This document shows, piece by piece, positions 38,735 through 51,677 of a stretch of DNA of 64,000 nucleotides. Made by a program: the position numbers and the translations under genes. A model generated the notes under the pieces. It searched no databases, had not been told where the DNA came from, and saw only the letters and a list, made by a program, of their open reading frames with translations. Origin of the DNA: Dictyostelium discoideum. Taxonomy: Eukaryota. How positions within the stretch are numbered: the first letter of the stretch is position 1; each line of letters opens with the position of its first letter. The stretch is from positions 1,280,001 to 1,344,000 of the forward strand of contig CM000152.2 of assembly GCA_000004695.1 (NCBI GenBank). The letters are read 5' to 3'.

Positions 38735-40696
38735 CCACTTGTTTAATCTAATAAAATATATTTTATAAAAAGTTAAATGGCATCATTTATTTTTGTATTT
38801 TTAAATTTTCTTCTTTAACCCACTTTTTGATTGTTTTTTTTTTTTTATCTTTTTTTTTATGATATTAATTTGATTGTGAGCAATATTTTATTTTTATTAT
38901 CTCTATTTAAATAGTTCTAAAATTTATTTTTTAAAAACTATTTTTATTTTTTTTTATTTTTTTTATTTTTTATTTTTTATTTTTTCAAAACCAAGATTTT
39001 TTTAAAAAATTTTATATTTTTATTTTTTATATTTTATTTTATTTTATTTAATATTTTTTTTTTTTAACGTAAAATCTAGATTTTAACCTTCCAATATCCT
39101 TTAATAGTATTGTTGACAGATTTTAAATCTTTGGATCAATCTAAAAATTTATAAAATAATATTATTAGAAAATTGCAATATTTATAAAATAGTGTTGGAA
39201 TCAAAGTATTATTATAGTTTACCTTTGCATTAAGTCCAAATTACCATGTAAAATTATAGTTATTGTCGACAATCAGTTTGTTTAATTTAAAAATATTATT
39301 ATTAAGTGAAAGCTGTTCTACCAATTAGCAAAGCCTGAGAATTGAAAGATTTATTATAAAAAAAAATTAAATCCTTTGATTCTCAGACATTGAATTAGTA
39401 CCGAGCAATACTAAATAAACTACCACTTAATAAAACTATCTTTTTTTCTAAAAATAAAAAACTATTGTATTGACATTTAACTACACCTGTTGGTAGTTTT
39501 ATTTCTTTTTGGACAATTTAAAGACAAAAAGAAATTTTACATTATGACTAATAATTAGAAAGAGAATGGTAGGTTATTTATTTGTATTATATATTTGAAA
39601 ATAATCAAATTAAAAAATAAAAATAAGAAAATAAATATTAAAATTACCTTTAAATATTTTCTGTCCAGAACTATAATTTTTTTTTTTTTTTTTAAATTTA
39701 ATAATTGTAACTTTGTTTTTTCTAAAATGTAAAATTTCTTTGTTTTTTTTTGAAATTATATCTTTATTAATTTTATTTTTTTTTTTTAAAAATAATTAAT
39801 AATTTTTTGTCTTTTTATACTAAAAAATTTTGATTGAAATTTTTTTTTTTATTTTTAATACTTTTTTGGATCCACCAAATTTAGTAAACCCAAAAAGAGT
39901 TACATTTTTTGATCTTGATTTCCAAAAAAAAAAAATTATACTTTTTACTTTTTTTATTTCCCAATAAAATTACTTTTTTTTTTTTTTTTATCAAAATAGA
40001 AATTGATTTAGATTGATTAATTTATTTTTTTTATATTTTTTTTAATTTTTATTTAATTTTCTATTGAATTTTATTTTTAAAAATAATAAAAAATAAAAAA
40101 TAAAAAATAAAAAATAAAAAATAAATACTTTCAAAACCAATGAGTTATAGCTTTAAAAAAAAAAAAAAAAACCCTTTTTAGATTTTTTATTTAAATTTAA
40201 AATTATTGAGATAAATATGATTCATCGAATATGTCATATTTTACACAAATATTTAAAGCATCTGCTATTTCATAAATAGGTTTCACAAGTTGTTGTCTAA
40301 TTAGTATAATAATAATAAGTTGAATTACAAGATTCATATATTAATAAAAATAGATTTTTTTTATATAAAATATATTCCCTATTTTCAAAATAAAAAAATA
40401 ACTATAAAAAATGAATGATAAATAATTAAATTCTAAAAATAATTTTTGATTAAAAAAAAAAAATAAAAGAATAGTGATATTCATTTTATTTCATTTTTTA
40501 AATGATTTTGTTTATTTTTGAGTGTTCTATTTTTCTATAATAAATTTATATTAAAAATAAAATAAATAAAATTAATTCATTGTTGAAAAAAAAAAAAAAA
40601 AAAAAAAAAGGAAAATTAATTTTAATTTTTATTTTTTTTATTTTTTTATTTTTAATTTTTTTTTAGGTAAAAAAAAAAAAAAAGAAAGATTATAAA

Positions 40697-40961
40697 ATGA
40701 ATTATAATATAGTACCAATACCTAGTATAATATATGAACAATCTAATAGATTTGCAAATATATCTCACCCATTCTTTCATAGAGATAAAATGAAGCTCCA
40801 TCAACAAATTCAACAACAACAACAACAACAACAAATGCAACAGCAACAACAATTTTACAATAATAATTCAAATACATATTATAATTATAACCAAGAATAT
40901 TACCAACCACGAAACTATCAAAATTATCAATATCAACAACAACAATATCAATACCACCATT

Positions 40962-40992
<31 letters not shown>

Positions 40993-41245
40993 TAATAAAC
41001 AAGAATATGAAAATGAAGATGAAAATGAAATTAATAATGATAATATAAATTTTAGTGAATATTATGATCAAGATAATCCAAATAATAATGTACAATATGT
41101 TTTATCAGATGAAGCAATTGAAATGTTTGCAAAGACTGAATTAAAAAGAAGAGAATTAAAAAATAAAAAGAGTAAAACTGGTGAAAATAAATTAATATTA
41201 GATAATATTTTTAATCCTGGTGAACAAACTCCAAAATTTAAATAG
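40697..41245 (+). CDS. Q/N/Y-rich hypothetical protein (182 aa)
   Basis: Intact ORF with an ATG start. Low-complexity QQQ/NNN/YQ core and a charged C-terminal helix LSDEAIEMFAKTELKRRELKNKK. No family recognised. Confidence 0.4.
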
Positions 41246-41298
41246 AAATAAATCATTATAATTGTTATTTATATTATTTGTATTTGTATTTGTTTTTA

Positions 41299-42102
41299 TT
41301 AATAATTTGAATTTGATTCAACTTGTTTGAAATATTTATAGGTTTTAACTTTTAATTCAGCGGTAGCATCTTCATCACAAACGATGATTGATTTTTTATG
41401 CATTTGGATTGCAGAAGCAGTCCACATATGGTTGACACCTTCTTCAATGGTTCTATAGAGAGCAATGGCTTTTGAATGACCAGTTACAATTAAGATAATT
41501 TCACGAGCATCCATAATTGTGCCAACACCAACTGTGAGTGCTTGGGTTGGGACTTGGTTAATGTTGTTAAAGAATCTTGAATTTGCAATGATGGTATCAC
41601 GTGTGAGTGTTTTAATACGAGTTCTACTTGACAACGATGAGCCTGGCTCGTTGAATGCTATATGACCATCGACACCCATACCACCCAAAAATAAATCTAT
41701 ACCACCATACGATTGTATCTTTTCTTCATAAAGTTTGCACTCATTTTCGTGGTTATCAGTAGTGCCGTTTAAAATGTTGATATTCTCTTTCTTGATATCT
41801 ATATGGTTAAAGAAATTCTCCCACATGAAATAATGGTAACTGAATTTATGATTAGATTCTAATCCGACATATTCATCCATATTGAATGTAACAACCTCTT
41901 GAAATGATATCTCTTTATTTTTATTCATTTCAATTAATCTCTTGTAAATTGGTAATGGTGATGATCCAGTTGGTAAACCAATTACAAATGGTCTATTATC
42001 TCCACTTTTTCTATTTAAAAAGTAATCATTAATTCTTTTTTTTATTACTTGTGAAATATATTCACCTGCTTCACAACTATCATTTTTAATTATTAATCTC
42101 AT
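41299..42102 (-). CDS. Glucosamine-6-phosphate deaminase/isomerase (GNPDA/NagB), about 267 aa
   Basis: Strong family match: [87 protein letters not shown]. The real start is MRLIIKND at 42102. The listed 50-residue N-terminal extension ([11 protein letters not shown]...) is translation of a poly-T/A leader. Confidence 0.85.
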   Translation of the reverse strand: MRLIIKNDSCEAGEYISQVIKKRINDYFLNRKSGDNRPFVIGLPTGSSPLPIYKRLIEMNKNKEISFQEVVTFNMDEYVGLESNHKFSYHYFMWENFFNHIDIKKENINILNGTTDNHENECKLYEEKIQSYGGIDLFLGGMGVDGHIAFNEPGSSLSSRTRIKTLTRDTIIANSRFFNNINQVPTQALTVGVGTIMDAREIILIVTGHSKAIALYRTIEEGVNHMWTASAIQMHKKSIIVCDEDATAELKVKTYKYFKQVESNSNY

Positions 42103-42271
42103 TTTTTTTGGTTTTAAATTAAAAAAAAAAAAAAAAATAAATAAAAATAAAAAATTTATTTTCAGGATTGGTGTTTTAAAAAAAAAAAATAAAAAAAATA
42201 AAAAAAATAAAAAAAATAAAAAAAAAATAAAAATTATTTTGGAATCCAACACAATCCCATCACAACAATTG

Positions 42272-42316
<45 letters not shown>

Positions 42317-42991
42317 CAAAGATATACCAATTTTTATTAAAAAAATAAAATTATAGGTTTTAAGTATTTAGGTTATTATTATTATTGTTTTTATTTTTAT
42401 TTTTATTTTACAACCTTAAAAAAAGAAATCAAAATTTTTATTAAAAGTATTTGAAAAAAAAAAAAAATTGTTTAGATATTTTATTGTTATTATTATTTTT
42501 ACTATTTTTATTATTTTTATTATTTTTATTTTTATTTTTTTATTTTTTTTAAAATTGATAGGTCTTTGTAAATTTTCAAAATCAAATCTTTTATGGTGCC
42601 CTTTCGGTTAATAGAATTTTACTGATCTAGGTTATTAAAACCAAATATAACCAATTTCACAAAAAGATTTTTAAATTTAATTTTTATATAATTATCTTCG
42701 GGGGTATTTTGATTTGATTTTTTTTTTATATTCAGATATTTTAATTTTTTATAGATATTTTTAATTTCTTTTCTTGGATTTGCCTTTTTCTGAGTATTGT
42801 TTTACCAAATTGGTTCAAAAATCTTCTATTAAATATTTAAAAAAAAAATTAAAAAAAAAAAAAAAAAAAGTGTTTAGATATTTTATTTTAATATTTAATT
42901 TAATTTTATTAATTTTTTTTTTATTTTCCAATAATAAAAAAAAGTGATTATTTTTAAAATTTTGAAAATTTAAATAAAGATTTATAAATAG

Positions 42992-43024
<33 letters not shown>

Positions 43025-43126
43025 ATAATAAATATGTTTAAGATTTGAATAATAATGAAAAGGAAAAAAAACAACTATAGTGAAAAAGGAAAACTATAAT
43101 GTAAATAACTATTGATTCATAACAAT

Positions 43127-46100
43127 TTATGGATCAATTGGGATGGCAAAAGGAGTTGTTATTGATGAATAAATTTCTATGCCAGAGATTGGGATAGCAA
43201 ATTTTGAATTATCTGAAGCCCATTGAATATTTAAAACTTTATCAGTTGATTGATCATTATTCCAAAAGAATGGACCTAATTTTTGATAGTATTGGTATTG
43301 AGGAGTAGTTCTTGTGAATGGTTCTTGATAGGCACCATCGACTTTAATTGTGTATAATGGAAGTGAAGTAAAAATGGAATTACCAGTAAATGAAGGATTA
43401 TAAGTGTATAAATAGAATTTGTATTGTGAATTTCCTGGTAACGTGATATTAATAGTACTTGGAATACTATTAATAACATCATTACTAAGGTATGTAGTTA
43501 ACATACTGATTGAATCAGTGGATGTTACTGGAGTGGTACCATCGGTTATAGATGATGGAGTTGTTGTTGTAATCTTTGAGAATAAACCAGTGGTAGTACA
43601 TTTACCTAAACTATTAACCCAACCACATTTAGTCCAAGAGTTACCAAAGATTGATAATGCACGACGAGTTGCTTCAACATCTGGTGTTAAATCAATACCA
43701 AGATAAAATGAATTACAAACTGAATCTGCAATATAGGTATTTGCATAGTATGAACCAGCTTCACTATAGGATGGAGATAGAAGTGCGTTATAGGATTTAG
43801 CAGAGACCATAACGGTATATTTTCCATTTGATGATGGAAGAGTAACAACATTTGATGTAAAAGTTTCATTTATAGTATATTGAGATGGAGATAGGATTAA
43901 GTGTGGAACTGTAGTTTGATAAACATCATTAACAATATAACTCATACTTTGACCATTACTATCAAGGTAATCAAAGTTTGGAATAAATGAGAAATTAATT
44001 TGATTTGCTGATAAAATTGATGCACCAAAGTTATACAATGGGAAAAAGTATGAAATTGTATTATCCAAATTGGTTTTAGTACCATTTACATTTGAAAGAT
44101 AAAGTTGATTTGTATATTTCTTTAAGAAATCAGAGGTATTTGAAAAATGTGAAAATTTAGAATCAACAATTGAAATATATTTACATTTCAATGATTGTGC
44201 AAAGAATTTATAATTCGATATTGAAATTGCATTCTTTATTGATACTGAATTATAGGTACCAGTGTGTGTATCAGTCTCGAAAATATATACTTTATCATTG
44301 ATGGATAAAGTATTGGCAATGTATGGTGAATCATAAAAGAGTTCAATATTTGGAGTAGTTGAACCAAGAGTTGTTGATGCTCTTTGACCAATGAACCAAC
44401 CACCTAAAAAGTTAATTTTAATTGGTGGTTGAGATGTATAGGAAACACGGAATTCAGCTTCACCAGCGAGGAAATGATTTTTAAAAACAACACTATTCCA
44501 AAGATTATTTGATTTATAATCTTGTGTATTATCTTGAGTAAGACCAGAATAAGTTCCTAAAAGGATATCAGAGGTTAAGCCAGCGATTGATGATCTTGAT
44601 TGAATTGGAATAACTTGGAATGCACCACCTTTAAATTTACCTTCAAATGCATTACCTTCATAGGTTGAATAGGGTGTAGTTGTAATGATACCACCATTAA
44701 TATAATCAATATCTGGATATGATCTTGATGATGGTGTACTCTTATCAGTATAAACAGAGATAAATGCATTGAAACTAATTGTAAATTGTTCAGTACCATA
44801 TAATAAACTAATACCACTAATACCATAACTTAATACGAAAGCATTACCACTTATGGTACCAAATGAACGTTTAATTCCAATATAAGCTCTTGGTGTTAAA
44901 CTTTGCTGATTGGTATAATCATTTAATGGTATAAACATATTATTTTGAATATTAACAGCAAGTTTGTTATGTAAAATTGTAATTGGATATCTATCTGATG
45001 GATTTGTACCAACATGAGTGATTGTATAGGTTGAATCTAATGTATAATCATCCAATGGTGATGATGTTGTATGACCAATATCAGAGAATACTGAATTTTC
45101 AATATTAACTGAAGAATCAAGTGTGAAAACCATTGAACTACTAAAAACACCACTAACAAATAAATTCTTTAAAAATGGACGCATTAAGATATAACCTGCA
45201 CCACCATAATTTGTACCATCTCTTGAATGATAAATACCAGATGCACCAGAAAGACCAGTGTAATAGTTACTAAGTGTATAATTTGGATTGAAATTTACAG
45301 CAGTTTGTAAGAGTGGACTAACCAATTTATATACTGGTTGATTTGAAGTTGGATAAGAGAATGATTTTAAAAATGTACCACCATATGAAGTGAAAGAGTT
45401 ATTTACACCAGTCCACATTGAACTTGTATCGAAACCACGTAATGTTACACTACCACCCAATGAAATAAATGATGATGTTTTTAATGGATCCCAACTTGGA
45501 TAATCGGTTGGATCAAAACCATTGATTACAATTGAATGATTTGAAGTTGATGCTGGAATTGATTCAACAACACCACCTGGGAAAATAATAACTTTTTGAC
45601 AAACCAACTTTGAATTAAATGTTGGATTTAAAATTAATCTACCTTTAACCAATAATGTTGGAATTGAATTTGATGAATTAACTGTAATTGTAATACCAGC
45701 TGGTACAATTAAAACACTATTTATATCTGTAATCATTGTTGAAATTGGATTATCTATTCTATCTATAGCTGGTGTAAGAAATCCTGTTGTTCTATAATTT
45801 GTGGTTGAACTAAGTGTTGAATTACCAGTAAATGAATATTTCTTTACATTTGTATTTGTCTCTAAATCTGGATAAAAATCACCTTTATAATTTGTATTTG
45901 TACTTCCTGGATAATAATCAACTTTAAAATGTGGTTGACCACTTATAGTAACACGAGCAGATGAAAAATCAAAACTATATAAACTTTGACCATTTGATTC
46001 TATCAAAAGAGAGAGATAGAGAGTTAATAAAATCTTGTTTTTTTTTTATTTTTATATTTATTTTTTCAAATCTAAAGAAAATTTACTTTTAGTTGATATT

Positions 46101-46147
46101 ATTAATAATATAAAAATTAAAGAAAAAATAAAAAGTAAAGATTTCAT
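43127..46147 (-). CDS. secreted parallel-beta-helix protein paralogous to the gdt-family ectodomain; exon 1 46087..46147 (signal peptide), intron 46000..46086, exon 2 43127..45999 (about 978 aa). No TM segment and no kinase domain.
   Basis: Exon 1 (MKSLLFIFSLIFILLIISTK) ends at A|GTAAAT. The acceptor ctctcttttgatag precedes AATCAAATGG, in frame with the 959 aa ORF. The body has many NxS/T sites and PbH1-like beta-helix repeats (VNIENSVFSDI, AVNIQNNMFIP, TISGNAFVLS, ISFNAFISV). It shares VIIFPGGVVES / DPLKTSSFISLGGSVTLRG with the divergent neighbour (LVILPGGNFKSES / DPLNFFPGILTLGGSLSILG). Confidence 0.7.
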
Positions 46148-46254
46148 CTTTTAAAAAACTTTTTAAATAAAATTTGGATATTCTGATAATCATTTATTCA
46201 ATTTAAATATTCTGGAATTCAAAACTCAAATCAATTTAAACAATTAAAAATAAA

Positions 46255-46385
46255 AATTAAGCCATTTTTTTATGGTGTGGGGGAGTGGGTTAAAATCTTA
46301 GGGGGTTTAAAAATATCTATGTTTAACTGATCCCCTACAAAAAAAGTCCCTCCATATCATCCCCTCCCATCCAAATCTATATCTT
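46255..46385. promoter_or_regulatory. GC-rich G-tract/C-tract island in the 1.45 kb spacer shared by the divergent paralog pair
   Basis: ggtgtgggggagtgggttaaaatcttagggggttt ... gatcccctacaaaaaaagtccctccatatcatcccctcccatcc: a G-rich half followed by a complementary-composition C-rich half. Confidence 0.3.
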
Positions 46386-46400
46386 ACTCTAAACTTTTTA

Positions 46401-46457
<57 letters not shown>

Positions 46458-46540
46458 CTGAATTAAAAATTAATTAATTTCTTGGTTTTTTTTTTTTTTT
46501 TTAAAATTTGTTTTAAAAAAAATTAATTTTTAAAAAATTA

Positions 46541-46584
<44 letters not shown>

Positions 46585-46619
46585 CATTTTTTTTTTTTTT
46601 TTTTTATCTTATATTATTA

Positions 46620-46658
<39 letters not shown>

Positions 46659-46695
46659 AGTATTATTGTTATTAGTATTATTATTGTTACTATTA

Positions 46696-46744
<49 letters not shown>

Positions 46745-46745
46745 A
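46620..46745. repeat. imperfect (ATT)n/(TTA)n microsatellite block in the shared intergenic spacer
   Basis: Seen directly. Confidence 0.85.
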
Positions 46746-47334
46746 CTATAGTATTATTAATACTATATTATTATTCTTTAATTTAATTCATTTTTTTGAT
46801 TGATTTTTGCTCAATTTTTTTTATTTTATTTTATCACCAAAAATCTTTTTTTTTTTTTTTAAAAATGAGATAAAAAAAAAATAGATAAAAGAAATTAATT
46901 ATACCTTATAGCATCAAGAAGTCACTTAGTGGAATGATCAAAATTAAAAAAAAAAAAAAATTTGGTTTGGAGAAAAAATTGATCCAAAAAAAAAAAAAAA
47001 AAAAAAAAAAAAATTAAAAAAAATAAATCAAAAATGAAAAAATTTATAAATAAAAAAAAAAAAATGAAAAAATTTAAATCAAAATGAAAAAAAAAAACAA
47101 CGTTTTGTTATTTATTTAATTTTTTTAGATTCTTTTAAAAAAAAATTATATTGGTTATAAAAACTAAATTTAATTAAAAAAACCAAATCTAAATTTTTGC
47201 AGCATACATAATTCGCTAATTATGAAAATTTGGGAAGGGGTTTCGTATATGCAAATTTTTAAGGGTATAAAATGCGATGTTGGGAAGGAGTTCCAAAGTG
47301 ATCTTAGTGGTGGGTGCATAAAAATTTTTATTTT

Positions 47335-47379
<45 letters not shown>

Positions 47380-47400
47380 TATTTTTTGTAAAATACACAA

Positions 47401-47435
<35 letters not shown>

Positions 47436-47522
47436 TATTTTTTTTATTTTTTATTTTTTTCTATAAAATAAAATTTTTTTTTTTTTTTTTTCCCTTATTT
47501 TCAGAAAAGTAAAAAAAATCAA

Positions 47523-47566
<44 letters not shown>

Positions 47567-47598
47567 ATCTATAAAAGTTATCAATAGAATGAAAACTT

Positions 47599-50500
47599 TC
47601 TTATTGATCTTTTTGTTAATATGTGTCTGCAAAGGTAAATATTTTTTTTACTTTTTTTTTTTTCTCAAATTTTTTCGTTTTTTTTTTTTTTTTTTTTACT
47701 AAACATAATTTAAATAATTTCTAAACTTTTTTTTTTTTTTTTCTTTTAAAAAATTAATTATAGGTATAACCAATATTACAACACCATCTATTTATTTTGA
47801 TTTAAAAAAAATTAATAGATTCCAAGATTATTTAAATAATGGAATTACACCAAGTATCAATTTGACTTTTCACGATTTTTATTATCCAGATGTTTGTGTT
47901 AATACAATTAAAAATATTGATGGATCAACAAATTTCGTTAAATCATCATTTTTAAATGCACCAACTAATTTTGCAAATCTTTATATTACAAAAGGTACTT
48001 TTATTTTATTTTTTATTTTTTTTTTTAAAAGTATACATGTATAAAATTTTATTAATTAATTTTTTATTTTTTTTTATTTTTTATTTTTAAAGGATCAAAA
48101 ATGACAGTAAAACCAAATCAAATATTAGGAGCATTTATTAATATACTATGTATTGAAGGATCACTTGAAGTTCCAGTAGGTGTTTTTCCATTTTTTATTG
48201 GTGCATTAGTAATATTACCAGGTGGAAATTTTAAGAGTGAAAGTTCATTTAGATTTATGAATTTAGTAAATTCAAAGATTGATCCACTTAATTTTTTCCC
48301 TGGAATATTGACATTGGGTGGATCACTTTCAATTTTAGGACCAAAATCAATTAAATATTCAGCAAATCGTTTAGGTGATTTTCAATTTCAATTATTAGAA
48401 TTAATTGATCCAAATTCATTCAATAGTGATTATAAAGCAAATATTTATAGTGAATCATTTGTCACAGGTCAACAATGTGATTTCGTGTCAATTACTAATG
48501 GTTACACTCTAACAGTTGGTGGTTGTCAAGGAGTACCATCAACTGATGTAAATATTTATATTTTCTTTGCAACTGTTGATTATGATTGCACATTCATTGA
48601 TTCTGATTCAGAGGTACCTGCATCAATCTATATCAGTGGTGATACAAATGTACATATTGAGAATTTCTTTTTAAATTCGTTAGGTAAAACTACCAATGCC
48701 AATTACAACGATACCATATTGATTTTCTCACCAACTGATGACACAAATGTAACTGATATTATCATTGGAACCAATCAAAGATATAGAAATTCATTATTTG
48801 TAGAGTTTTCAAATAATGTCACATTGAGGAATAATTTCATTAGAGAGTCAATTGAGTCTAGATCACCATTGATGTTTTTTGCATCGAGTCCAATCTTGGA
48901 GGGAAATTTAGTTGTTAGTAATTCCGGGTCAAGTGTAATCGCTCAATTTGGTACTGAATTCATTCAATCAACTAATAATAGTTATTTTTTAGAACCACCA
49001 ACTCAACCTGTAATTCCAAATGATAACAATATGGATTATGGTACAGAAGGGAATGGCATCTACTCTCTCTCACCAATAGTTTCATTTACAACTGATGTAT
49101 TTGTCGGTCAATTAATTTCAATCAATTTCAATTTTATTGCAAATAGATCATTAGTAACTGGTTTCAATTATGATTGTTTTGCACCATGTTATCCAGGTTC
49201 ACCAATCATATCAAATCTAGTTCAACATTCTGTTGATTTTAATATTATTAAACCAACATTTTCATATTCTCATGGTAACACTACCAGCAGCACCACCACC
49301 AGCAGCACCACCACCAATACCAATTCTCATTTTCTTTTAAATGTTAATGATAATGGTAATGAACCAAGTTCATATTATTCATTCAATCAATTATCAATAG
49401 CAAGTGAAGCAATTAAAGTAAATTTACCAATTGGTACATTGGGTATTGGTAATTTATTTGCAACAAATAATTTTAAAATTGATGGTGCACTTGAAAGATT
49501 AGATATTTTAAATTCAATATTTAATTTACCACCACCAATTTCAAATAATTTCTCACAAAGTGGTATTTTATTATCAACAACAACTTCAATGTTAAATTCA
49601 TATGTTTTCGTTTCAATTGGTTCAGAACCAACAAGAATTGAATCTCAAATTTATGGATCAACAATTACACCTTATTATTATAATAATATTGAAACACTTG
49701 ATCTATTTCAAATTCAATCAATTTTTCCATCTGTACAATATCAAATTATTAAAAATTCAACCATTAATATAACTATTAATATCACCACCACCACCACCAC
49801 CACCACCACACCCACCACCAACAATGTAGTTTGTTCATTTACATCAATTGTGAATCAACAATCATCAGTAACAAATGAAATTTCAATCAATGAAACTTTA
49901 ATTCAAATGGATCCAATCCTTAACAATTGTGTTTTTCCTTTATCAATTGATCAAGAAGGTTCTTTAAAATTACGTGTAACTATAAAAAATCAAAATTCAA
50001 CTTTAGAAAATCAATATTATTATATAATTGATTTCCCTGAAATTACAATTTTTCAAAGTTTTCAATTTTATACTGGTATAAAATTTATTGATGTTCAATC
50101 ATCCTCCTCTTCATCACAACAAACTTCTTCTTTTTCACCTACAACTACAACATTTCTAAATTTATTATCAACAACAGAAAATTCAAATGGGTTTCTAAAT
50201 GGTTGTCAAATTAGTAATCAATGTACATTATCAAATAATGTTAAATATGTTTCATCATTACCAAATGTAACCAATTCACCAGATTTTCAATTATTTCAAA
50301 GTGGTATAACTCCAATAATACCATATGATCCAGTGGTTATAAATTTAGGAATTGAAAAAAATAAAACATTTCAATTTCAATTATTTTTTACCTTTTATCA
50401 ACCAATCGATCAATATTCAAGTCCATTATCAATCTTTATTCAAAGTGAACCATATTTGTTATTGGATCCTTTAATTGATGCACCAAACTTTAAAAATTTC

Positions 50501-51579
50501 ACATTTTTCTATGATAATCTTAATCAAGATTCAATTGAAATTTCATTTATCTCAAGAGGTGATATTTATTTAACTTCAATGGCTATTTATTCTTTAGATC
50601 TTGTATCATATGAAAGTAGTGATAGTAGTAGTAGTAGTAGTAATAGTAGTAGTAGTACTGGCAATGGTATTGGTGATATTGTAAATAATGAGGATAATCA
50701 TAAAAAATTAGTAATTGCATTATCAGTTTCAATTCCAGTTGCAGCATTATTAGTAATTTTATGTTTTGGTATTTTCATTTGTTACAATAATAATAAAAAG
50801 AATAAAAATGAAACCAAAGGAAAAGATATTGAAACTAATACTGATAAAAAAGATGATGAAAATGAAAATGAAAATTGTAAATTTCAATTCAAAGATGAAT
50901 TTTTAACAAATCCAAATGAAATTAATATTCAATTAAAAAAATTAATGATTAATAAATCATCAACATTACCACCACAATCAACAATTTCAATTGATACATC
51001 ACCATCATCTGAAAATACTACTTTCACTGAATCATTAACACCAAAGAAATCTGCAACTGTTAATGGTGAAATTGATTTTAGTAGAAATAGTACAAATGAA
51101 AGTACTGTTTCTAATTCTTCTTCTGAAAATAATAGTGATAATAACAACAATAATAATAATAAATGTAAAAAAGAAAAACTATCATCATTCCCAACAATAC
51201 CAGGTACAAATCTTACAAATATTCCATTAAATTTAGTTGGTAGAAAATCAAGAAATCCAGAAGATAAATATAGAACCAATAATGATATTTTAGTTTGTCT
51301 TCAAGAATCTCATTATTTTAAACCTGATGATCCATCAATACCAATAGAATTTAGTGAATCAGTTTTAGATTTTGGTAGAGGTTCAAAATGTTTAATCGAT
51401 GAAACTTACATTTATACAATCTCTGTTAAAAATAAATCAACTACTGATTATAATATTTTATTAATTTTACCTATTGATAATAATACTGGTACAATTTCAA
51501 CTGATACCCAATATTTTCAAATTAATGCTGGTGAAAGTAAACCAATTAGTTTTTCAATTAGTTTAAATTGTACAACAAA

Positions 51580-51616
<37 letters not shown>

Positions 51617-51645
51617 TTATTATTTATTTAAATTTTTACTAACAT

Positions 51646-51677
<32 letters not shown>

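Noticed and set aside
41299-42252. 50-residue N-terminal extension of the glucosamine-6-P deaminase ORF ([14 protein letters not shown]...)
   Set aside because: It is a translation of a poly-T/A leader. The conserved protein begins at the internal Met (MRLIIKND, 42102).
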